The notes under the pieces are model-generated. The model saw nothing but the letters and a program-made list of their open reading frames with translations, did no database searches and had not been told where the DNA came from. DNA of 63,962 bases, counting the filler, from Octopus bimaculoides (lineage: Eukaryota): assembly GCF_001194135.2 (NCBI RefSeq). It is 8 parts of 7 records of this genome, joined end to end, with 100 filler letters (N's around TTAATTAATTAA, not from the genome) between each part and the next. Parts side by side here need not be neighbours in the genome. Positions count along the whole stretch, not along the records: positions 1 to 15,405 come from NC_068992.1; positions 15,506 to 31,182 come from NC_068991.1; 6 more parts are not named here. One strand, 5' to 3'. Position 1 is the first letter of the stretch, and every line of letters starts with the position of its first letter. The position numbers and the translations under genes are program-made. This document shows, one piece after another, positions 11,377 through 23,192 of the stretch.

Positions 11377-11893
11377 GTACATTACTTACAATATTTACAT
11401 TCGACGGATATTTGTCCTCATCTTGTTTGTTGTTAACACAATGTCTCGGCTGATATACCCTCCAGCCTTCTTCAGGTGTCTTGGGGAAATTCCGAACCTG
11501 GGTTCTTGTTCCTAAGGTATTTTTCGATGTTATTATAAATTATTATTGTTATTGTTCAGGTCACTACTTGGAATCGAACTCAGAATATGCCCACAGGCAT
11601 ATGGCATAGTGGTTAAGAGTGCAGGCTACTAACCCCAAGATTCTGAGTTCAATTCCAAGCAGTGACCTGAACAACAACAACAATAATAACATTTATTATT
11701 ATTATTATTATTAATAATAATAATAATAATAATAATAACAACAACAACAACATCGAAAAATACCTTAGGAATGAGAACCCAGGTTTGAAATTTCCACAAG
11801 ACACCTGAAGAAGACTGGAGGGTATATCAGCCAAGACGTTGTGTTAACAACAAACAAGATGAGGACAAATAGCCGTCAAATGTAAATAATGTA
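11377..11893. mobile_element. Palindromic head-to-head tRNA-SINE with hammerhead-like tails
   Basis: 11377-11586 is the reverse complement of 11640-11893 (apart from a microsatellite length difference); centre holds A box TGGCATAGTGG (11602-11612) and B box GAGTTCAATTCC (11645-11656); CTGAAGA...stem...(G/A)AGAC motifs at 11801-11844 (+) and 11436-11479 (-). Confidence 0.85.
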
Positions 11894-12020
11894 GTTTTAG
11901 ATAGTATTTAAAAAAATTGTTTCTCTTGTAATCTGTTAATAATGTCACAATGAGCAATTTATACATTTTTCTTTCAGATTCTGATTGCATTGGCCATAAC
12001 CTTTTATTATATTTGCACCT

Positions 12021-13072
12021 ATGTCCATCCCATCTAAAGATCACATTAGACATGTCTTGCTCTATGAGTTTCATAAAGGTATCAATACAAGCACAGCAGC
12101 AAAGTGTCTTCAGAGAGTTTATGGGGATGATGCAGTGAGTGAAGGAAGCTGCAGCAGACACTTTTCTCACATCAGAAGTGGGGATTTGAGTTTGATTCCA
12201 AAGAGATGGAAACTGTTGTCCCAGAAAATCCATCCACTACATGTAGAGAACTGGCAGAACGATTTAACATAACCCATACAACTGTACTATGCCAACGGAA
12301 AAGGATCAGAAAGGTTTCAGTGGTTGGAAAATGGGTCCCACATGAACTGTCACCATAGAGTCTGCAACGGTGTGTTGTTTGTTGTCAGTCATTGCTTTCA
12401 TGACACCTTAAGGAACAATTTTTAGGAAGGCTTACTATAGATGATGAGATGTGGATCCGTTATCATAAAGTTAAATGCCACTGATTGTGGATCAAGAGGA
12501 AGACCTATTCAACAACCAAGAGGAGGACGTCATCCAAGAAAGATCATGTTGAGTGTATGGTGGAATATTGAAGGAATTGTCCATTACAAACTGTTAGACA
12601 ACAATCAAACATTTATTGTTAATCTCTACTGTGATCAACTTCATCATTTGAAAGTGGCTTTGAGCAGAAAGCAACACTGCTTAGTCAACAGATAGGGTGT
12701 CATCTTCCATCATGACAATGCTCATCCTCACACAGCTCGATTGACCAAAGAACTCTTCACTGGGAAATATTACATCATCCTTCATATTCTTTAAACGTTG
12801 CTCCTTCTGATTATCACTTGTTTCAGGGACTATAGAACCATTTGAATGGTCTTAGGTTGACATCAAGAGAAGAGGTTGAAAATGAGTTGGATTCATATTT
12901 CACATCAAAAACCTAAACAATTTTACAAGCATGGCATTTATAAGCTTGTTGACAGATGGAATGAAGTTCTAGAAAGCAATGGAAATTATGTTAACAAACA
13001 AATATTGTCTTAATTGTGAGCTTTTTCATTTTTAATACAGATCATAAAGTCGGCCATTACCTTTACACCAAC

Positions 13073-13076
<4 letters not shown>
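12021..13076 (+). mobile_element. Decayed mariner (D,D34D) transposon
   Basis: IRHVLLYEFHKG N-terminus, DDEMW, KIMLSVWW, FHHDNAHPHT (~12708) and YSLNVAPSDYHLF (~12785) motifs with many frameshifts; 3' TIR CGGCCATTACCTTTACACCAACCTGA (13051-13076) followed by TA; 5' TIR not found. Confidence 0.9.
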
Positions 13077-13109
<33 letters not shown>

Positions 13110-13121
<12 letters not shown>

Positions 13122-14885
13122 CAAATAAAAGGGTAAAGGAGTATCAATTTATTAATTTATTAATAAATTAATAATTAATAATTTTTACCAAGCCCTTCGG
13201 TATGTAAACACCATTATCGGTGAAGAACTTATTTAAAAGTTCTTATACATTTATAAACATAATTAAGGGATCAGCAATAGTTGCTTCACCACATGACGAA
13301 GTTCAGAAATAGCAGCTAAAGTGCTGAAACTCCAACAGATAGCAATACTTGTAACTCACAAAGGCAAAACAAGAAGAGAAAATATAACGAACCTAACCAG
13401 TCGCAGTTAATCATAGACGCGTTTCTGGCTTAGAAAAGTAAAAACTTTTCATTTCCTCATCAGGATGAGGAAATGAAAGGTTACTGCAAATGGAGACCTT
13501 TAATATTAATGCCTCTCTCAAGGATATACCTATTCCCCCAAGAAAAGTTTTCCTTAAACAACTCATCCATAAGACTCTTTCATTATTCTTATCAGATGGC
13601 AAGCTTTCTTCTTCCATAATAAGGATATCAAGCCACCCTCCAATGACTAAAATTCTGAATTTAGTAAATTGTTCAAATCTAAAAATAATCCTCCTCCTAA
13701 CCCAAGTTTAAAACAGTTTGAAGAGAACCTCTGGTCTATTGTTAAGAATGTTAAATTCCATCGTTCACCCTTAAGGAATAAACATCTAAGACATCTACAT
13801 AATATTACCAAAGAAATAAACAGCATGGAAGGCTTTCTTGTTCAATTGGATAAAACTGGTAACCTGTATCACTTAAACATGGATTTTTACCTAAAACTAC
13901 TCAGGAAGGAAATACAAAAAATATACAAGACTACTAGTAAAAATGCTATCAGAAATGCTAACCTAGAAGCTAAGAAAATTATGGAAAATTATAACTTACA
14001 AATGAAGACTTTTAAATCCAAAGCAACCCTGTTTTGTCTTAAAGGACCACAAACCTAACTTCTTCAATAACCCAACTCTCTGTCTTATCTGCCATTCCAG
14101 TTCTGATATCAGTATACTTAGCAAAAATATTCTTGACAAGTACATTCCTTCATTAACAAAAAAACTTAAACTTAATTTATGGTCTAATTCATTCCAGGTT
14201 GTGGACTGGTTCAACTCTATCGATAATAAACTAAACACTAAATTTATCCAGTTTGATATTTGCTTGATATTCCTTTGTCAATCCTATCATTCTTAATAAA
14301 GCCCTATGGTTCGTGCATAATAAAACTGGCCTCTTCTGGCTAGAAAATCTATAATCAAATTTAATAACAAATTTTAGGTTCGTAAAGATCGACCTGACTG
14401 CTTTGATATACCTATGGGGTCTAGTGGCTGAGCTCAAATTTCTGATTTGGTCGGTATTTATATTCTATCAGATATGGCTGACCAATTCCCATATATTCTC
14501 AGTGATTTATATCACGACAACTGCCTCCTTTACCTCCAAAATATTTCTAATCGAAAACTACAGAAGGTTAAAAACAATCTTGTCAAATTCTTTAGTAATA
14601 TGGGTCTAAGTATTACCTTTGATGATGATAGAACAAAGGTTAATTTCCTTGACCTTACACTCAACTTAAATACAGCCTTATATTTCCCATACTATAAACC
14701 TTTAAACAACCTAAAATACCTCAGCATTTTTAGCAATCACCCTACTAATATAACAAAAAATTTGGCTAAAAACATATTGCTTAGAATCTTTAAATTATCT
14801 GCCAATGTAATCGTTTTCAATAATGATGCTGGTTTCTATAATTCAGCCTTGTATAAGGTAGGATATAAAGAACAAATTAAGTAAC
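13110..14885 (+). mobile_element. Penelope-like element RT pseudogene with 5' pLTR-like region
   Basis: Fragments SLKDIPIP..FLKQLIHKT, FKSKNNPP..LKQFEENL, LDKTGNLY, LYHDNCL (GLYRDDGL equivalent), VNFLDLTLNLNT..YYKP..SNHP are typical of PLE reverse transcriptases; stops before the GIY-YIG domain. Confidence 0.85.
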
Positions 14886-14934
14886 CATCCTGATCCAGGC
14901 TCTACCTCTAATTATCTAGATGACAGTAATTATG

Positions 14935-14974
<40 letters not shown>

Positions 14975-15030
14975 TACTACTACTACTACTACTAATAATA
15001 ATAATAATAATAATATTAATAATAATAATA

Positions 15031-15405
15031 AGTCACGACTGGTATGGCTAGAGCATTGATCGCTTCGATCCTGTTTCTTGCATTCAGCTCTGTCTTCAGT
15101 ATTGCTCTCACTCTGCGATAACATTCTCTTCTGATCCTTTCCCTCATCACTGGATGCTTGATATTTGTAGCTCTTCGCTGGTTCTAACTCTTTTATGACA
15201 TTTTGCTGGTCAAGGTTCACATTAGACTTTTTTGTCATATTTTGTTTGATAAAGGTAGCTTTTGCACATTTATCAAGGCCAAATTGCATCCTGATGTCAT
15301 CACTGAATTGTTTAACAATCGCTAGTAGGCCTTTAAGTTGTTGGTCATTTTTTGCAAAGAGCTTTAAATCATCCATGTAAATGAGAGGATTTATATTTTT
15401 ATCAA
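15031..15405 (-). mobile_element. R4/Dong-clade LINE RT fragment
   Basis: LYMDDLKLFAKN...FSDDIRMQFGLDKCAK...then ..KTELNAKNRIEAINALAIPVVT in a shifted frame; abuts (TAA)n/(TAG)n at 14932-15030. Confidence 0.85.
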
Positions 15406-15505
15406 NNNNNNNNNNNNNNNNNNNNNNNNNNNNNNNNNNNNNNNNNNNNTTAATTAATTAANNNNNNNNNNNNNNNNNNNNNNNNNNNNNNNNNNNNNNN
15501 NNNNN
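15406..15505. other. Artificial assembly spacer N44-TTAATTAATTAA-N44 (also 31183-31282, 42977-43076, 48683-48782, 55523-55622, 58572-58671, 62820-62919)
   Basis: Seven identical 100-bp structures; the 12-mer has TAA stops in all six frames. Confidence 0.95.
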
Positions 15506-16760
15506 CCCCCAAAAAAAAATTTAGGCCTTGTGCCTATAGAACAGTGGTTCCCAATTTGTGGTCTGTGGACCTCTGGTGGTCCACAAAAGTAATATACTGA
15601 GAGAAGTTAAGGTGGCAAGCTGTCAGAATCATTAACACGAAGGGCAAAACGCTCAGTGGCATTTTGTCTGTCTTTACATTCTGAGTTCAAATTCCACCAA
15701 GATCAACTTTGCCTTTCATCCTTTTGGGGTCAATAAAATAAATACCAGTTGAGCATTGGGGGTCAATGTAACTGACTTACTCCCTACCTCAAGATACTAG
15801 CCTTGTACCAAAATTTTAGACCAATGAAAATGTTGGGAAAAGGGTATGGGACAAAAAAAAAAAAACATTTAAAAAGGTGATGAGAGAAAAATATCAGAGT
15901 AAGATAGCAAGATTGAGTGATCTTTAAAACATTTGTTTTATGACTTTGTCAAAGTAAAGTGGGTAGTGCCTATGATATTTCATAGATCTCTGGAACTGGT
16001 AATGGTTTCTGGAGCCAAACAGAAAGAAACCATGATTTGTGAGTTGATGCAGTAAGAAAGAAAATACTAAAATGTTGAATTATCTTGGTTAAATAGCTGT
16101 CAAAAATGGAAGTAGAGAAGTATTGGGAAAGTGACAGTATTGATCTTAAAGCCCTCTATGTTCTCAGTTCAAATCCCATTGACTTTCATATTTATCCTTC
16201 TGTAGTGGTAGCAGTAACAGTGTGTTGTTGCTGCATCCACCATTTGCTGATGATTCCTTATTCTTGGTGGATGACTCCAGTGACGACTCTCCAACCCATT
16301 TAGGTAGTCATTGCTGGTGACAGTTTTATGAAGTTGGAGTGCAAATCCTACCTCATCCTCTTTTAGTTGCCTTTTACGACATGCAGAGCAAATGTTGGGT
16401 TTATTCTTTGACATGCCAGTCCCCACACAGTGCTAGAGCAACATGAGATGAAGTGTTTTACTCAAGAACACAACATGCTGCCCAGTCCAGGAATTGAACC
16501 TGCGATCGAGGATGCAACACCCTAACCACTAGGACATGCAGCTTCACTGGGTTTTCACTTCTGGAGTTGATAAAAATATAAAAAAGATCCAGCAGTTGTT
16601 TAACATAAACGATCAAACAATCCTACCATCTTCCTTGTACATATTTTCTTTGAGTTTTTTTTCTCTTTCCAGCTCCCACCTTTTTCAGTTTTATTATTTG
16701 TCTACCTTTCTTTTTTTTTTTACCTTAATCAGTGAAACATTTCTCTGTTATTTTATACAG

Positions 16761-17009
16761 GTATGCCACTCGTTTAACGTTGAAGCTCAGGCCATCCTGA
16801 ACCAAGGCTTTGCTCGTGTCCATAAATATCATGCGTTTGTACAACGTCAGATCAAGGGCCAGCTGCCAAGAAGGGAGTCAGAACGGCGCAACCACCAATT
16901 AGCTCGTCATGTCGATATTCTCTCCGCTATCGAAACACGGTTATCTTTGCTTGGAATGACATACCTGAGATACATTGACATGGGCCTTTGTTGCTTTATA
17001 CCAGGAAAG
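16761..17009 (+). CDS. FBXO28: FBXO28-like, internal exon (phase 0/0)
   Basis: AG at 16759-60, GT at 17010-11; VCHSFNVEAQAILNQGF...QLPRRESERRNHQLARHVDILSAIETRLSLLGMTYLRYIDMGLCCFIPGK closely matches vertebrate FBXO28 as I recall it (QLPRRESERRNHSLARHADILAAVETRLSLL...CCFIPGK). Confidence 0.95.
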
Positions 17010-17286
17010 GTCTGATATTATTTATCATTGTATTTTCAACCATTTTGTGCAAGATTATACTGCACCATTAGGTGCACCTTCTATGTTCCTAAAATGTGTG
17101 TGCAACATTGTTTTTAAGGGTTGCAAGATTGTATTCATATGGTGCATCAGTTTTACTTTGTTATAGGATGTATTTTGTTTTTTGGTGTTGTTTTAGTGTT
17201 TAGTGTATTTGTTGTATCAGTACAAGTATGGCTGTGAAGTTAAGTAGTATTCTTTACAACCATATGGTCTCAAAAATTATATATGA

Positions 17287-17676
17287 GTGTTGTTGTTGGT
17301 ACTCCGTCGCTTACGACGTCGAGGGTTCCAGTTGATCCGATCAACGGAACAGCCTGCTCGTGAAATTAACGTGCAAGTGGCTGAGCACTCCACAGACACG
17401 TGTACCCTTAACGTAGTTCTCGGGGATATTCAGCGTGACACAGTGTGACAAGGCTGACCCTTTGAATTACAGGCACAACAGAAACAGGAAGTAAGAGTGA
17501 GAGAAAGTTGTGGTGAAAGAGTACAGCAGGGTTCGCCACCATCCCCTACCGGAGCCTCGTGGAGCTTTTAGGTGTTTTCGATCAATAAACACTCACAACG
17601 CCCAGTCTGGGAATTGAAACCACGATCCTATGACCGCGAGTCCACTGCCCTAACCACTGGGCCATTGCACCTCCAC
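17287..17676 (-). mobile_element. Near-intact tRNA-derived SINE (family S3), (CAA)n tail
   Basis: Reverse complement starts GTGGAGGTGCAATGGCCCAGTGGTTAGGGCAG...GGTTTCAATTCCC (A/B boxes) and ends ...GGAGTACCAACAACAAC; CpGs largely retained. Confidence 0.8.
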
Positions 17677-17897
17677 ATATATGAGTGACAGAGGCAGTAT
17701 TAATAACTGAGAGGAAGTATTCAACCCCACTTAAATGTGGATGTTCTGTTGGAACAAACTTTGCACCAGAAGCCAATATGAGAGTTTCTCTCATAGCATC
17801 TACCACACTTAAATGTGGAGGTTCTGACAGAACATCCACATTTAAGTGGGGTTAAATATTACCTCCCAGTCTTAATACTGCCTCTGTCACCATATAT
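17677..17897. repeat. Fold-back element, ~72 bp arms
   Basis: ATATATGAGTGACAGAGGCAGTATTAA...AACCCCACTTAAATGTGGATGTTCTGT (17677-17750) versus its reverse complement at 17826-17897; a partial second copy at ~18105-18205. Confidence 0.8.
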
Positions 17898-19210
17898 TTT
17901 TTCAACAAGCTCACTGGCTAATTGCAACACCAAGGCCTGCTCTGGCACTGATTTTCTGTATATCGCTGATGGGGAGATGAGTTGCTGCTATCTCTTAGCA
18001 GTCATTAATGAGACCAAGGAAGGTGGAAATCATGTGATCTGGTGGTCTCAATGCTGGAGTTGACAGGGATTTATCTCCAAACTAGTGATATAAACAAGTA
18101 TGCATTTTCCACCAAGAGCATATACATGAGTTTCTCTCATGGTATCTACTGCAGTATAGTTTGTTCTAACAGAACATCTACGTTTAAGTGAGGTTAGATA
18201 TTTCCATATGGTCTCAGGTTCAATTTGACTGTTTGGCACCTCGATCAAATGTCTTCTACTACAACTACAGCCCAATCAGTACTTGTGACTAAGATTGGAA
18301 ATTCTTTGGAATATGCTGTGCATGTGTGCGTGCAAGTATGTTGCGTGCATGTGGCTACAAAGTTGTGTTTTCTGCTGGTTTACATGAGACTGCTTGAGTT
18401 TTAAAAAATGGTGGTGTTATGTTTACATTACTAGAGAACATTACATCCTGCAGCTTTGTGGTTTCAAAATGTAGTGAAATGAAAATCCTTGACTTGAAAG
18501 ACAGGTACCCATCTGGAAGAGTATACCCATCTGTTAAATACTGCCTCAAATAAGTATTTATCCAACCTGTGCCCACATAGAAAAACAGACATAAAATGAA
18601 CAAAAGAGCGAACAGATATACATATCTGATTGTGAGTTGTTCTTATGTTGGATGGTGATTGTAGAACATTTTTTATATGTACTGTACAGATTGTGTCATA
18701 TTAATAGGTGGCAGCTGTGTATTGCAAGTTGTGTGAGCTATTTTTCATAGTGTTGTGCTATTTTTCTGGTATTACCTCTATCAACCCATGTGGTAAATAA
18801 AACAATTATTACTATTGATTGACTGAATCGTTATAGTGTCAGTACAGATATGTTGCAGTATTTGTTCCAGTAATTCTCATGCTGAATTATTCAGAATGAA
18901 GTACTCTGATCAATCCTCTCATGATATTAAGTTAGCAATACAAGACCTCAAAAATGTCATTCATTGACAGAAACACCTGGAGAGGAAAAGTAGTTTCAGT
19001 CCAGGCAACCCACCTGAAACGATAAATTTGTTCCAGCACTTTACATTCTGAGTTCAAACCCCACTGAGGTCACCTTTACTCTTCATTCCTTATTTTGTTG
19101 TTCATTTGCTCATATATATTTTTTCTAATTTTTTTTTTTTTTAATTTATGCACATTCACATATCTGTCATATTCTTTATCCTTACATGACGTTTTTCATC
19201 TTTGTGTCAG

Positions 19211-19418
19211 GTGTTGGACGAGCTTTACCATATACTGCAAACACTTCAGTGTACATGCCAACCTCCTCGCGCACATGAGTTCCTCCAGGAACTGCGAGAT
19301 ATATCTTCCATGGCCATGGAGCATTTTGAAGAGAAAATTGTGCCTTCATTGAAACAGAAGATGCCAAGTGTTCGCCTCACTCTTGGCAACTTTAATGTCA
19401 ACTCAGAATCAGAAGCTG
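19211..19418 (+). CDS. FBXO28: FBXO28-like, internal exon (phase 0/1)
   Basis: TGTCAG acceptor, GTAAG donor at 19419; VLDELYHILQTL...RAHEFLQELRDISSMAMEHFEEKIVP matches FBXO28 (VIDEIY...RAHEVLQELRDISSMAMEYFDEKIVP). Confidence 0.95.
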
Positions 19419-20199
19419 GTAAGAAATTAAAATTTGCTTTTACTCCTCCTCCTCCTCCTCCCCCCCCCCCTCTTTTTAAAAAAATATTTTACATAAAAGA
19501 TTAATATGCAGTTTGCTTATATGCTGGAAATGTTGAAACTATGAAGAAAATGTAAAAAAAACATAACATTTTGTTACTTAAAAAAAAGTATTCGTCTGTG
19601 AGAGTTTTGGAAAAATGCTTGTGGTATTTCTTCAAGTTCTTAACATTCTGACTTCAAATTCTACCTTAGTTGGCTTTGCTTTGTATTGCGTTGCTCCAAG
19701 ATCGATAAAATAAAAACAAACATTGGGATCAATGGAATTGAGTTATACCTTCCTCCAAAATTTCTGGACTTGTGTCTATACTAGAAACAAATACTTATTA
19801 TTTATTTTTGTTCTTCCATTCTAGTTGTAAGTAGCTATGTAGATCCCTCATAGTAATCCCCTTGTCCCCTAACATAAAACTGACCACTCCCCACCTGCCC
19901 CAGGACTCATCCTGTGGACTGCATGGCAACCTCAATAGTGCAGGTGGCACAAAAAAGAGCAATCTGTCTATACTGTAATGTGGTTGGCGTTAGGAAGGGC
20001 ATCGAGATGTAAAAACCATGCCCAAGCTTACATTGTAGTTCGATGCTGTCCTTGGACTCATTGTTTCCTGTCAAACTATCCAACTCCTCTCTTTCTCTTT
20101 TGGCTGGGTAACCATGTACCTCCTCTATAGCAAGACTCCCGTTTCTGTCTCTCTGTCACACTAATCTTTCATCTTCTGACACAAGATCACCACCAATGC

Positions 20200-20535
20200 C
20201 CCCTCCCCTCTCAAGATTCCTTGTCTTGCAAGTTACTTGGTGATCCTGTCAGTGCTGGTGCCACGTAAAAAGCATCCAATCCACACTGAATTGGTTGGCA
20301 TTTGGAAGGGCATCCAGCTGTAAAAACCATGCCAAAACTGACCTCACCTGTGTTGGTGCCATGTAAAAAGCACTCAGTCCACGCTACATGGTGGTTGATG
20401 TTAGGAAGGGCATCCAACTGTAAAAACCCTGCCAAAACAAACACAGTAGCCTGATGTAGTTTTCTACCTGGCCAGCTCCTGTCAAACCGTCCAACCCATG
20501 CCAGCATGGAAGACGGAGGACGGTAGTTGATGTTG
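20200..20535 (+). mobile_element. Short RTE 3'-end derivative
   Basis: GGAAGGGCATCCAGCTGTAAAAACCATGCC subrepeats and CCGTCCAACCCATGCCAGCATGGAAGACGG end shared with the RTE 3' UTR. Confidence 0.75.
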
Positions 20536-20822
20536 ATGCCAATCAACTATATTTCTTGTCTTTAATATTTTTACCCTTCTAGCAATGTTAAAACCCAATA
20601 TAATTAAAAGCATTACAGTATTTGCTCCTGCTAAAAGTCAACTTTGCTTTTTGTCCTTTTGGGGTTCAATAAAATAAAGTGACAGTCAAGTACTTGAGTC
20701 AGTTTATTCAACTGATTCTCCAAAGTTTCTGGCCTTATGTCTATATTTCCAGCGTAGGCATAAAACTTGTGCAGAGAATGATACAATTAAAAGGTCATGG
20801 GATTAAATTTATGAATATAAGC

Positions 20823-20982
20823 GCAGGTATGGCTGTGCAATAAGAAGCTTGCTTCCCAACCACATGGTTTTGGGTTCAGTCCCATTGCGTGACACCTTAG
20901 GCAAGTGTCTTCTACTATAGCCTCAGGCTGACCAAAGCCTTGTGAGTGGATTTGGTAGAGAGAAACTGAAAGAATCTCATTT

Positions 20983-21025
<43 letters not shown>

Positions 21026-21059
21026 NNNNNNNNNNNNNNNNNNNNNNNNNNNNNNNNNN

Positions 21060-21116
<57 letters not shown>

Positions 21117-21335
21117 GTGTGTGTGTTAGTCCTCCCCATCACCACTTGTCAACCGGTGTTGGTGTATTTACATCCCTGTAACTTAGCAGTTCGGCAAAAG
21201 ACACTGATAGAACAAGGCTTGATAAAAGATAAGGCCTGGGCGGGGGGGGGGCGATTTGTTCGACTAAAACCCTTCAAGGCAGTGCTCCAGTATGGCCACA
21301 GTCAAATGACTGAAACAAGTAAAAGAATAAAAGAA
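20823..21335 (+). mobile_element. Full-length SINE family S1 with internal (TA)n
   Basis: tRNA-like head, GCCTTGTGAGTGGATTTGGTAG, (TA)n slot containing an N gap, 3' body ending CAGTCAAATGACTGAAACAAGTAAAAGAATAAAAG. Confidence 0.85.
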
Positions 21336-21589
21336 TGTGTTTCGGTGAACAACAGAATTGATGGAGATTTCCAATTTAGTTTAGTTACTTCCCTTCACAT
21401 TCCAAGTTCAAACTCTGCCAGGGTTGACCTGGATAATTTAAACAAAAACAAGCTAAGAGACATAACTCAGTGGCCTGTGGCATGTATTTGAGTAACAAAC
21501 AAAATACAAGTATGCTAAACACTATACAACATAAATTCTTGATTTATTAATATTATCTCCATCTCAAGGGGTTGTGTCATCATCATTAT

Positions 21590-21830
21590 TATCATCATCA
21601 TCATTATCATCATCATCTTCATTTAACGTCCATTGTCCATGCTGGCATGGGTTGGATGGTTAGACCAGGGCTGGTAAGTTGAGGGGCTGCACCAGACTCC
21701 AGTCTGATTTAGCATGGTTTCTACAGCTGGATGCACTTCCTAGCGCCAACCACTCCAAGAGTGTAATGGGTGCTTTTATGTGCCACCAGCACAGGTACCA
21801 GTTGCATGACACCAGTATCTGCCACTTGGC
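21590..21830 (-). mobile_element. Short RTE 3'-end derivative
   Basis: (CAT)n then TTTAACGTCCATTGTCCATGCTGGCATGGGTTGGATGG..., as at 9063. Confidence 0.75.
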
Positions 21831-22359
21831 TCGATGAGTCTTCTACTCAAGTGCAGCATATTACCAAAGGTTTCAGTTATTTATCATTACCTCTATGAAG
21901 CCAAATTACTAATTACCAAATTACCTAATTACTAAATGGCAATTATGACCAACTCCACTTGAGATGGAGAGATAATCTTAAGAATAGGAATTCTCCAAAG
22001 TTGCCATGCCACTAAGGAAAAGAACAAGCTTCTTGTCTGGAAACAAGAGGACAGTCATAGACATGTGTTTCTGGTTCGATAACTGTTTTCAACACAACAA
22101 TTTTCCAACCTCATCACCAGTAGCCATAGGACTTAGTCATATGAAAAAGAGTAGAAAACTTTTATGGTCCAGGTAATTTGCTTAATTTAAACAAAAATAA
22201 ACTAAAACAGATAACTCAAAGTGGCCAGTGACATATATTTAAGTAGCATAGACAAATAAGGTATGTCAAATATTATACAACAAATTCTTGATTTAGGTAC
22301 CAGCAATATACTAGGACAGGCAAAATATCAGTAGAGTAGTTAAAACTTCAGATACAATC

Positions 22360-22735
22360 ATCATCATCATCATCATCGTTTAACGTCCGCTTTCCATGCT
22401 AGCATGGGTTGGATGATTTGACTGAGTACTGGTGAAACCAGATGGCTACACCAGGCTCCAATCTGATTTAGCAGAGTTTCTACAGCTGGATGCCCTTCCT
22501 AACGCCAACCACTCCGAGAGTGTAGTGGGTGCTTTTACGTGCCACCTGCACGAAGGCCAGTCAGGCGGTACTGGCAACGGCCACGCTCAAAATGGTGTAT
22601 TTTACGTGCCACCTGCACAGGAGCCAGTTCGGTGACACTGGCAATGATCTCATTTGAATGTCTTTACACATGCCATCCAGCACAAGCGCCAGGAAGGTGA
22701 TGCTGGGCACAGGTGCCATGACAATGCCAAGCAGT
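22360..22735 (-). mobile_element. RTE 3'-end copy closely similar to 9063-9372 and 26057-26420
   Basis: (CAT)n-CGTTTAACGTCCGCTTTCCATGCTAGCATGGGTTGGA...GTGCCACCTGCACAGGAGCCAG; few substitutions between copies. Confidence 0.85.
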
Positions 22736-23192
22736 ATTTGTTCGAGCTCAAATCCTAACACAGTCAACTTTGCTTTTCATCCTTCTGGATTCAGTAAAGT
22801 ACCTGGGGGTCAATTCTCTCCAGGAATTGGCTATGATGTGCTATAAGAAGGGTCGTGAGAGGCCATTCATAGTGTCCCTTTCTCCACAAATAAAGAACGG
22901 TTGAGCAGGGGAAAACTGATTTGTAACTGAAACCGTCCATGTTTCAGGCCAATATACAGTACAACACAGAAAAGAAAAATATAGTAGTATCTGGATAGCA
23001 GAATCAGTGGAGTTGCCTGACAAAATACCTTGCAGTATTACAAAGCTGTTTAAATAAATGAGAGATACACTGCACTTTTCCATTTTCTCTATTCTTTTTT
23101 TCCAATAATTTTTCCTGTGAATTACTTATAAAACGCAACACATATTGCTGTATTTAGTTTACACTGACGTTTGTTTTTCTTGTGTGTTTTAG

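Noticed and set aside
11596-11665. Functional tRNA gene (also the SINE heads at 17600-17676 and 20823-20900)
   Set aside because: A/B boxes present but no complete cloverleaf; continuous with SINE bodies.
1-16760. FBXO28 first (F-box) exon
   Set aside because: No LP..I..IL.F..YDEI..LR-like frame ending in a phase-0 donor was found; probably in a gap or outside the window.
18431-18570. Possible antisense exon inside an FBXO28 intron (LDKYLFEAVFNRWVYSSRW or WINTYLRQYLTDGY)
   Set aside because: Plausible acceptor, but no recognisable homology and a weak donor.
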